A DNA stretch of 64,000 nucleotides from Lepidodermella squamata (taxonomy: Eukaryota; Animalia; Gastrotricha), in assembly GCA_047495785.1 (NCBI GenBank), contig JBLDXI010000015.1, forward strand, positions 1,364,001-1,428,000, given 5' to 3'. The notes below the pieces were generated by a model. The model did not search any database, was not told where the DNA came from, and saw only the letters and a program-made list of their open reading frames with translations. How positions within the stretch are numbered: the first letter of the stretch is position 1; the number at the start of each line of letters is the position of its first letter. A program made the position numbers and the translations under genes. Below, piece after piece: positions 34,185-44,996 of this stretch.

Positions 34185-36543
34185 ATGTTGCAAGGCCTTA
34201 TTTTGCGCTCGAATGCGAGTCGAATTGTCGCCCATAATTTGCGTCGATCGCTGCAGAATTCAACCGGTTTGACGAATCAACAGGTTAGTAGAAAAAGCCA
34301 TTTTTAGCGGAACCTAATTTGCCTGTAACAACCGAAAATTTTGGCCCAGGCTAATTTTTTATTTTTTTTCCTCAATAAGGTTCCCTTTCCAAGTAGGATT
34401 TTCTAGGCTTTTAATATTATTTACTTTGAATTAAGGTGATCGGCCATGAATTCATCGAAAATAATTCTAGTTTTATTCCAGTTTTAATTTGGTTTCGTTA
34501 TAGATCTTTCAGCTTTTCCCCTGAAGAAAGCGACCTCGTTTTTTCTATTCTGGAATTTTCTATTTTTTTCTGATTTTTTTCAGTGCGATTTGATATTTTT
34601 CTCCAAAAAAATGAGGTTAATTTCTTATTATTTTTTTTCTACGAAGTCGCCTATGTCTGACACGTGCCCATATTTTTCCAGGTCAATTACAAGCAAAACA
34701 TCGATCGCGAAGACCGGCGGTTAAATTTGAACGCGACGCTAGCCGAATGGGACCCGAAACTGGCCGAGTTGGTGCGGCTGGAAAAACAGCGCCAGCGAGA
34801 GGGCCTCGAACTAATTGCCTCGGAAAACTTCACCAGCTGCGCCGTTCAGCAGGCGCTGGGCTCGTGCCTCGTCAACAAGTACTCGGAGGGCCTGCCAGGT
34901 CATCGCTACTACGGCGGCAATGAATTCATCGATGAGGTCGAGCGGATGTGCCAAAGTCGCGCGTTGAAGTGTTTCGGCCTCAGCCATGAAATGTGGGGCG
35001 TTAACGTACAGGCCTACAGTGGGACGCCGGCTAATATGGCTGTCTACACGGCTGTATTAGGCCCGCATGCTAGGCTGATGGGCCTGGACCTGGCTGAGGG
35101 CGGCCACTTCTCCCACGGCTGGCAGAGTGATACAAAAAAATTGACAGCTTCATCGCTGTACTTCGAAGCCCTGCCGTATAAACTCAACCCGGCTACGGGG
35201 CTGATCGATTACGAGCAAATGGCGGTTAATGCTAAGCTGTTCAGGCCGAAGTTGATTATTGCGGGCGTGAGTTCTTACCCGCGCAACTTGGACTATGCGC
35301 GCATGCGCCAAATTACGGACAGTGTTGGCGCGTATTTGATGGCTGATATGGCGCACATTGCCGGCCTCGTTGCGGCTAAACAGGTGCCAAACCCGTTTGA
35401 TCACTGCGATATTGTCACAACAACCACACACAAGTAAGTATTGATAAACAAATTCAGCGAAGAAAATTCAATTTGTTTGAAATTTGAAATTTTGAAAATT
35501 TAGTTTTGATTTTAATTTAAATTTTAATTTAAATGCAACATTTGTTTTCATTTTTTTGCACAGAAATAAATGTTGACTTCGTTTCAATTTTTCAATTTTT
35601 CAATTTTATTGAATTTTTAAAATTCAGGACTCTTCGTGGTCCCCGGGGTGCTTTGATTTTCTATCGAAAAGGCACAAGGCGTGTTTTACCGAGTGGTGAA
35701 CGCGAGGTTTACGACCTCGAGGCCGCTATCAATGACGCCGTATTTCCCGGCCTTCAGGGTGGCCCGCACGAAAACCAAGTCGGCGCCATAGCCGTCGCCC
35801 TGAAAGAAGCCATGACACCCGAGTTCAACGAGTACCAACGCAACGTGCTAGCCAATGTTCAGGTTATGTGCCGCGAATTCATCGCCCGTGGTTACAAACT
35901 TGTAACAGGCGGGTCTGATGTCCACCTTGCCCTGGTCGATTTACGGCCACTTGGCATCGACGGCGTCACGGTTGAGCGGGTACTGGAGCTTATGAATATA
36001 TCGGTGAATAAGAACGCGCTTCCGGGTGATATGAATGCGGTTAAACCAGGCGGTATTCGAGTTGGATCGGCAGCTTTGACTTCTCGCGGCTTTCAGGAAA
36101 ACGATTTCGTTAAGGTGGTCGACTTCATTCACAAAGGTGAGCAACACTGAAAAATATTAGAATCTATTTGCTAGCTAATTACGGTAATTAGCTAATTAAT
36201 TAAGGTAATTAAGGATTAGCTCAATTTATTAGCTTTTTATTAGTTAATTTTTTTATAAATTTTACGCTTTGGCTGATTGTTACCACTTCATTCAGGTATT
36301 CAATTGGCTCTTGATGTCAAAGCGAATTGCGGTCCCGATGTTCCCAACCCGAGCGCCGATTCCGACTACAACGCTCAGAAAAAGACGCATAAATCCTGGG
36401 TGTCACTCTACAAGTTGTCGCCTCAGTTCCGCGAACATCTTTCTGAGCCGCAATTCGCGAAAAGAATCGCGACCCTGAATCGCGAAGTTCGAACCTTCGC
36501 CCGACAATTCCAAATGCCGGGGCAAACCCATTGCGATCTGTGA
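34185..36543 (+). CDS. SHMT: Serine hydroxymethyltransferase, copy 2 (mitochondrial-type leader)
   Basis: Exon 34185-34283 ([33 protein letters not shown]; Arg/Ser-rich, no acidic residues) splices in phase to 34682. Same SHMT motifs as copy 1 and the same intron after THK. Ends ...[11 protein letters not shown]. Confidence 0.95.
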
Positions 36544-39120
36544 GAAAACTACAAGTTACGCTAAGACTTTGTGCACCCTGTTGTGGATCCTATATGTATA
36601 TCTACATCATAATGGTTTTAAGGAATTTACACTATATATCTCTTGAAATAAAGAAGTATATATCCGAAATATATTGTTTTATTCCTGAAAATTGCGCTGT
36701 AAAAAAATGAGATCTTTTGCAGTATTAGTTGCCAAATTGCATCGATAAGTGTTGGCCGGAATGGTTCAGTGTAAAAGCTAAGACCGGCGCAATAGTTCAG
36801 TGGGCAGCAAGCAACACGTAACTGTTCCCTGGGTCAAACGGCGCCAACGGCCGCTCTCAAAGTGACGAAAATCGATGAGGAAAATCGCTCCAATAACGAG
36901 AGCTTTCAAACGAATGTCAAGGCTAGTAACGACTGAAAGGCAAATCTCAATACATTGCTTATAAATTCTTGTTTGATTTACAAGTGACTGAGTACGGATC
37001 AGTTGGTGCGAAGAGATGCATCTCCATGCCAGTCCAACGCATGGTTACTTCTCCCACAGCATCTGAAGATTCTGCCCTTTGGACACTGAAGGAAACATCC
37101 TGACATCGCGGACAGGCACAACCTCGTCCAGATTGGCAGCAATTGCACGGCAAGCAGTTTGGGCCAACGATTTTCAGCTTAGGTCTTGCGTTGCTTTCGT
37201 CAGCAGGCGAGTCGTAAATGAGATAGACAGTGGAGCAGCAAGAAAATCTAGCTCAAAGTCGAACAAAATTTAGTTTAGTGTGAAGTAGGTTATCCTATCG
37301 AAAAGCAAGCATTCCTAATTACCGGACCCGAGAGTCTTGGAACAGAAGCTTTCTCATAGGATAAGCTACTTCACGCAAAGTTATTTGCTTACTCAGCAAC
37401 TATGAATCCTAGTTCAGTTCCATTAGCTAGTTCAACAGTAGCTGTTGGCCGGGAGTATGAGCAGCATCTAGACTTGCGTCGAACAGTGAAAGCAATCTGC
37501 AGTTGCAAAATTCTAAAATGTTCGCTCAGAAGTTGTGAGAACCCACTCTTCCGGAGCCGTCTTGTGCGTGCATAGCAAAATTTCGCGAAACAGGACATAA
37601 TATCCGGCATTGAAGTTCCGACTCTGTAAAATGAATGATTCAAAATTATTCATGGCTCAAGTTCGAGAGTTGCAAACCTTCACAGATTTTGTAGCAAATC
37701 TCGTTATCTTTTGAAAGAAGCAAAAATTGCTTGGGCAGAAGGCAGGGTGCAGTGGCTGGAGCAGAAACCATGTAAAAATGGTCTGTTAGTATGCCGAAGA
37801 AACTCACTTAGCCAAGTATCCACGACAGGATTTATTGAGAAAGTGTCCAAAGAAGCCAGAGTAGAGATGTCGCCATACTCTGAAGAATAGTCAACAGGAA
37901 CTCGAGCTAAATCTTTCGCTAGATTGGAAGAATATTTGTTTTCCGTTTAAATGATACTCTTTCTGTATACCTGGTTGGTAATTCAACGGTTGAGCAGTAA
38001 TGACGAAAAGCTGCTCGGTCATCATCTTGTCACAAGCTCAGAAGGTGGACAGAATGATAAAAGTCATCGTAAATTTGGCACGCACATTTTTATGACGAAC
38101 CGGTTTGAAGTAGGTAATTGTAATAAAAAAGCTACATCTCACCTACATCGCAGATAGCTTTAACGTAATGTTTACCCGCCAAGTCTAGGTACACAAACGA
38201 ATCGTGATTTGCGCTAGCATGGTGGTGAGAAAAAAATCGATTTATATATCCAGATATGATATTTCGAATTGATTGGTTGACGGCGCGAAGAAACTTGCTG
38301 AAAATAAACACACATACCTGATATTCGGGTATAGTTGAAAGCCATAATGCTGAGTAAACACAGTTTTATATGTCTTTTTTCTTATACTCGGGAGGATCCG
38401 TTATATTTGCTCTAGTGAAGTATTGTCAGAAATGTAAAAGTTATCAGTGCAAACTGCTTCAGCAATCTTGAGGGCAGATAATTCGGGTTTAAAGGGCCTC
38501 GCTTGCTGTTTAATTTGCAAGAAGCCTTCTAGCAATGGAGAAGAAATAATAATAATTAAATGGATTTAAGCGCGGGTGCTTAATGAAATAATAAATGATC
38601 CGACTAGCGAGAAGTAAATGAACAGTGTTCATGACTTTTTTCCAGCCCGAAAAAACCAATACGATAAATAATTAATGGGAAAATGAGCGTATTTTTTGAT
38701 TGCATCAATTTTGCATGAGGGTGATACCGTGTTGTTATTAATGAATTCTATTCATCACATGTTTTTGTAATAGCGATAAGCGCCAATTAAAGCTTTGCCT
38801 TCAGTATTTTGTCGATGGATGAATGAAAGTATCACGGCCGGTTTCACATGCTGCGGTGAGAAAAGGCGCGATATGCTACACCGGAGATTTGATCTCCCGA
38901 GGTGTAGTAGTAATCAATGATGGTGGTTTGAGCGAGCTGTAAATCGATAAATCAAAAATGTGACCTAAATAGAATCAAGGCGTATTTGGACAAATCTGGG
39001 TGTGCAGATGGTTCACCTTTAAGGTCGCATAACGTCTTAGTGACTACGCACACAACATGTGTGTCAACCTTAACGAATACATATCTCAGGATTCAGCTTT
39101 CTCAAATTTCCAATGCTCCA

Positions 39121-40708
39121 ATGATTTTCAAATTATTTGCCTTATCTTTGGTTGTCGCCAAGATTTCCGCTGACCAATACCACTGCGTTTGGTACGATAA
39201 ATGCGCAGCAATAAACGTAGCTGGTAGTCAGGTCTCTTCCCTACCATGCGAATACAATGGATTGGCCAAGCCTCTATCAGACCATGGGGCAGTTAAATTT
39301 CTGAGGTCGACATGCCCTGCCGTGTTTAAGAACCAACGCGAGGCCGCTTTGAAGACCTGTTGCTCTCTAGAACTCATCGAAGCTCTGAAAGACTACTTAC
39401 TTGTCCTCGAGCGTTATTTCGCTCGATGCCAGATTTGCTACCACAACATCGCAAATCTGTTTTGTGCTATAGCTTGCGCCCCAGACCAGTCACGATTTAT
39501 GGGAGATTTAGAAATTCTCTCAACTTTCAACCACGCTGGGCACCATCGTGTTGTAGCTGGTGTCAATGTCTTGAATCTAACGTCGCAAACTCTTCGATCA
39601 GCCTGGCAGTCTTGCGAGAACGTTCGTTATCATGGCGAAGTTGCGGTCAGGAAAATCTTGCCAACAAATCCAACTCTAACTGGGTTTCTCGACTATTTCA
39701 ACGATGCCTCTAATCTATACGTCCCATTCCGGATGAAAATGAAACTAGTGCCCGACAACAAGTTCGGAGTTAATTACGAAACTGTTAGATGTAACGAAAC
39801 TTTCAGAGCTTGCAGTTGGATCGATTGCCCAGATGTAACGCCGCCCAGCCAGCTGTCAGATGAAACAAGTAAAGTGAAGCCTATCCCACCTTCAGCCTGT
39901 AGAGTAAGCAAGAACGGTGCAGTCATCATCGATAGGGCTCATCGAAGTTTTTTCGACCTCCGCTTCAGTCCATTGTTTCGAACGAAGCGAATCTTTCTGC
40001 GGCCCAAGGTTTCCAAGCCCTTCTCCGAAAATTGCGCCTCTTTTGCGCAAAGTTTCGGCTTTTCGACTGTTTTTGAATACGATTTTCTGTCACGGATTAA
40101 CCGTTTAGTTTTGTCTATTCAAAGCCTGACGGCTTCGCACGACGGTAAGACTATTACGGTATCGGACATCTGCCACCAGCCGTGGTATCCAGCTAGCAAG
40201 TATTGCTCAATTCTCCACCCGCTTCAGTTTTTCCAGAATGATAAGATGGCAAGTATTGACGCTTCCCAGCAAGGTGGTGGCGTTCCCTATCATGGTTCTC
40301 TCTGCTACCTTAATCACTTTCTCAACTGCTTCGAATCACATGAGTTTGTAAGTTTATGTCAAGTGCTCTTAATTTTTTACTGAATTTAGTATTCTATTTA
40401 AGACTGGAAATGAGCCCAGTGTGAACGATCACATGCGATGTGCGGGCGATTTCGGAGGTTCCGTGCCCCCATGGCTTGTTTTCTGTGCCTTCGATACGTC
40501 TGAAGCACGCAATGTCACGAAAATCCCCGAGGAAACTCCGGAAAATGAATATCAAACAGCAAAAGTGGCCGTTGTTACCATTCCTCTGCTAAACGGCAGA
40601 ACCGATCGTGAAATCACCATGACAAGTGCGTGGGAAGAGGTTTTCAACGCCTTCATTGGAAATTTTGCCGAAGAGAACAAAGACCACCTCGAAGTTTTGT
40701 TTGATTAA
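39121..40708 (+). CDS. NPC1-like protein lacking all transmembrane segments (signal peptide + N-terminal sterol-binding domain + middle luminal domain)
   Basis: MIFKLFALSLVVAKISA, CVWY..C, PCEYNG.AKPL, CC, RC..CY.N...FC...CAPDQSRF, then directly FFD.RFSP.FRT..I..RP, DIC.QP..P....CSI.HPLQ.FQND, intron 40348-40402, C.GDFGG.V.PWL, AWE.VF. Stop at 40708 with AATAAA at ~40720. Confidence 0.85.
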
Positions 40709-41918
40709 ATGTTTTGCTCAATAAATCGCATTTCAATCTTGGCGTAGTCTTGGCGTATAATTTCATCAGCGTGTGAATCTTTAAATTTCAATTAAACATG
40801 ACGCTTCAGTGATCAACGATTTCAACTCAATGTCATCGTTTGATTCGAAAAATAGCACAATTTCCAAGACTAGAAATTACAGTTAACTTCAAAAGAATCC
40901 GCCATTGTGAAAAGATTGTTCCAGCATGAGCCTAGTTATCGTCGTGTGAATGAATAAATAAACATGAGAAACCAGCAATCCGAATGGTTGCACATTATAT
41001 AGCTGGCACCTTCTTTGGCTGGTTGGTGGTATTTTTGCTTCATCAAATTAAATCCTAAATCCAAAATGCTATTCTACACATCTTTTTATAGGTATGATCA
41101 TGCGGTGGCTTCTCTTTATCTTTGCCCTGATAAAACCGGCTAAAAGTAGAAGTTTTATTGTCTAATCTCCTGCATTTTCATATCAAGCTTACAAAAGTAA
41201 CGACGGTGAATCAGTCTCTTTGAAGAGTATCACGTTAGCAAAACTTGCAGGTCGCTGAGGTTGCGGGTAGCGGTAGATAGCTATCACCTTAATTCCGAAC
41301 TCTTTGCATTTGACTTCTTGATGCCCCAGTATCATTGAAATATTCATTAAACAAATATAATGGCTATATTTGCGCTCGTGGTCTGCATCGTTTATCTATT
41401 TTATCCCACTGAATCATAGATAACAATTGGCTCACTCGCAGAGATCTGAATAATCAGTTGAACTTCGGTCAAGTTAGAAACGGGATAGGATGGATAGGTT
41501 TATAAACTTCCCCACCTGATGTTCCATCCGATTGGCATAGAACTCTGAGCAGCAGTCGATCGCAACAGTGTCGACCATTGTCCGACCACCGGCTTGCTGG
41601 ATGCGCTTCATAACCACGAAAAAGAATAATGAAATTAGAAAAATCGGCACGGTTGACTAAGCTTGCGCCCTGCGCCAAATGTGAGTCTGCTCGACGTCGC
41701 GCGGCCATGAACAGGGCCACAATTTCGCTTTTTCCGTAAATTTCTTCCATGGTCTGTTATTTCTTCTTCTTTTCTTCAATCATCTATTTGTTTACTTTAA
41801 TCTTTCATTCAATCAATTATCATTGCCCAATAAAAGTTTCTCGCAAGCTATTACATCAATCATATCAAAATGTTCTTGAAATCGATTTCCGTTAAATTTC
41901 ATGGGTTGCTTGGAGGCT

Positions 41919-43159
41919 TCAGTTACTTGCTGAAGCAACGCTCGCCGCAACGGCCAGCCCGATGAGGCCACCGTTGTTATTGTTGTTACTCCGCCTCCGT
42001 ACTTCGAACCATCGGAAGTCCTATAATAAAAAAATATTGATGGAGACTATGAATTCTTAGGCAGCTAATTACCATCAGGAATACCGCTCCAATGATCAAA
42101 GCTTTCACCTTAATGTCAATGCTTGGGTTGACTAAATTAAGAAAGTTAATCCCAATTATTCGAGATTCGATGAATTTCACTTGCATTCAACTTTGAAAGA
42201 ATCTGCCGTAGTCCAATAGTGAGTCCACCAACCAAGATAGCGTCGTGTAACAGTTCCCAATTCAGTGGCCATGTCAGGAGAATATATCTTATGAAACACA
42301 GTACATTTGTACAGCTGTCAATGATAAGTCTCATACCTTGAAATCGATGTCTTGGCAACAAGCCTTGCTGCAATTACAGTGAATGCAAGATGGCCCAACA
42401 AATATTGCTACCGTCTGTCCATTGACGTCTACAACTTCCAGCTGGTTTCGCGTACAGAACGGCCTGCGGAATAGCGTGAATAAATGGCACATATGCGAAA
42501 ACGATTCTCACATTTCTTTAACGGTGCCAAGTGGTACCCCACGAGAGGTGATTTCAATCCGCTGAGCAATGCCAGCGCAACAGTCGCAGCAAACGCAGCC
42601 CATGCAGTGCCTAAAAACACGGTGAGCTGAAAGAACAACGGCCCCGGTGTAGTCGGCAATGTGCATAGTGAACTCGCGAGCAGCACCGCAGCATAAAAGC
42701 ATGCTTGCGCTGGTGTCTGTAAATTCATCGATATCAAACGGGTTAAAATGTACTTTCAAAGTCATCACCTTCAGTGACACGATAGCAGACATGGTTTTGT
42801 GGTGTAGAAATTATGTACTGTTTCCTCGTTGAGAAATTGATGGCAACTATTAGGTTACTTGATGAGTTACATTTTCGCTGATTGAAAAGCTGCCTTACTT
42901 TCTAATGGGTCTATGATTTGATCAACGTTGATCGAATTAAGAGCCCCCAGCAATTCCAAACCCGGCAGATTCGAGGTGAATCCTGAAGTCTGTGGTGGAG
43001 CAGCAGCCCAAGCTTGAAACGGCAATTTACGAATTTCTGAGTAAGCTGTAAAGATAAATATAAGAGATATGGCCTTCTGCGATCGAATGAAGTTACGAAA
43101 CCGATAGGCTGCACAGTAACCGCAGGAACAGGCGCTTTTTCCGGCTGAGTAGTGGTCAT
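41919..43159 (-). CDS. Phospholipid scramblase (PLSCR family), paralog B, multi-exon
   Basis: MTTTQPEKAPVPAVTVQP...LPGLELLGALNSINVDQ...VCYRVTE...CCGAAREFTMHI...GCVCCDCC...GPSCIHCNCSKACCQDIDF...WWTHYWTTADSF...KVKALIIGAVFLM|DFRWFE. It shares PAVTVQP and DFRWFE with paralog A. Confidence 0.85.
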
Positions 43160-43355
43160 CGCGCTTTTTTCTAGCTGGTAGATTAATGTACAGTCCGTCC
43201 TTCTTTGAAGAATTGCAGCGCGGATTGCAGCATAAGGCTGCTTCTTCTTATCTTTTAGCGATAAGCCGTGATAACAAAGTTTAGTATAATAATAAAATAA
43301 TCACGATCCAATCCGGGGCTCATTATTTGATATCAACCAATTTTTTGGAGCAATG

Positions 43356-43391
43356 ATTCATACCATAGAGAACGTTCTCTATGATTCATAC
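43356..43391. mobile_element. 20-bp perfect palindrome flanked by an 8-bp direct repeat (P-element-like remnant or footprint)
   Basis: attcatac-CATAGAGAACGTTCTCTATG-attcatac. Confidence 0.75.
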
Positions 43392-43895
43392 TGTGTGAAA
43401 TCGAATAGTAATCCTGGCTCCGCTATTTTTTAGCTATAAGGTCGTACTTTTCGGAAAGCACTTCGATCTGCAAGCACATTAAAAATAAAAAATCCTCTAG
43501 CTAGACGCTTAGAGGCTTGACTAGAGTTTGATCAGTAAAACGAACGTCTCAAAATTTCCTAGCAGCGATAATTAGCTATGAAATTGTAAGTCACATTGAC
43601 TTAATTCATTTCGTGACGCCGGGATTGAATCTAGGACACAAATCACTGCAATATAATTCCATCACGTATCCTAGAAAGCTCAGAAATCCTGAGTTGAAAT
43701 TGAGTCCGCTTTTTATTCGTTTTGTTTAATTCGGAAATAAAGACAGCTTTCGAAAATTCAGCTGTTTTGGTCGTGGTAATCGTAAGTCAATCGTGTAAGA
43801 AAAGACATCACTACCGGGTCCAACTGAAAATCCCTTTCCTTCCTTGGGCTATCAGTTGAAAGACAATTCGTCTAATCCTATTGAAGCCATTGTCA

Positions 43896-44097
43896 TATAT
43901 CGCGACTTCCGCGCCAGAACAGTGTGCCGGAAATAGAAACCAATGGCGTAATGCATTTGATGCGCAGAAAAAACTGGCGTTCAACTTTTTTTCCAGCGAT
44001 CAGGCACGCGACTGACTTGGCGAAGATGCAAAAAGTTAGTTTTACGCCATTTGTTTCTATTTCCGGCACACTTTTCTGGCGCGGAAGTCGCGATATA
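43896..44097. mobile_element. MITE (~200 bp) with ~56-bp terminal inverted repeats and TA/TATA ends
   Basis: tatatcgcgacttccgcgccagaacagtgtgccggaaatagaaaccaatggcgtaa matches the reverse complement of 44042-44097 with 2 mismatches. Confidence 0.9.
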
Positions 44098-44996
44098 AGC
44101 CGACATTTCTTCTTGGTGTTGGCAGGCGGCCAACAATGGAACTTGCAAGCCTCAAGCAGGGAAGTGTAAAAGTTTGTGTCGTTGAACCATAAATTCTGCT
44201 GACAGCTGGCTCCTTAACTGACTAAGTGATTCCGCGGAAGCAATGTGAATACGTATAACTGATTCTAAAAGCAAAATGATGCCTCATGCAACGTGACGTA
44301 AAACGTTGCTCGTCGAACGTCGAACGCCGAACGTTGAACGTTGAACGATTAATGGGGGGAAAAAGATGCGGCTCGTCCTTGTCATTGTTATTTTTATTCA
44401 GCTGGAAAAATATATTTTATTACTCAGCAGTGCACAAAAAATAATTAAATGCTTTTGGCGCGAGCTTCCAAAATTTGCCCTAGCAACGACGCGGTCTCAG
44501 CTGTTGCTTGCGGACGAATGAGAGTGGCTCGGGGTCAAATCGTGCGATTGTTGTCCGCGCCTTGTTGTCAACTTTGAATACTTGGCGAATGATCAAGCGA
44601 AATCAGAATATCTCTCTGAATCTCTAATTCATTTTCATTCTTCTCCTTCTCGGTCCTTGGTTGCTCATTGTTTTCTCTTATTCGACATTTTGATGTTTCT
44701 CTCATTTAACTTGAATTACGGGTCACGGGTACCACGGATACTTGGTTTCTTCTGATTTTCGTAGCGGTTACTGGATTTGGCAGTTCTTCCTAACGCCGAA
44801 ATAGTTGCTCATTGCAGGAATATTTGGTAGTTTGGTTAATTTCGTTGCTTATAAAAGCCAAAATTAGTCTCCATTGCTTCCCCAAATGCGATGCTGATTT
44901 CCGATTCTAACTTGGATCTCGATTCTCGATTGTCATAATTGAGATCGATCTTTTTCTTATCATTGTCTTCTATCTTATAAATAGACAAATTTAGAA

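Noticed and set aside
36172-36194. 23-bp palindrome TAGCTAATTAC-G-GTAATTAGCTA in an SHMT intron
   Set aside because: Lies in low-complexity TAAT/TAGC-rich sequence with no TSD; not informative alone.
36755-36850. A-box-like TAGTTCAGTGG with a possible B box
   Set aside because: Cannot be folded into a cloverleaf; not supportable as a tRNA gene.
36900-38160. Short ORFs between SHMT copy 2 and the soluble NPC1-like gene
   Set aside because: No family motifs and no consistent splice pattern.
43610-43675. Minus-strand T-arm-like GATTCAATCCCGG
   Set aside because: Isolated motif without the rest of a tRNA.
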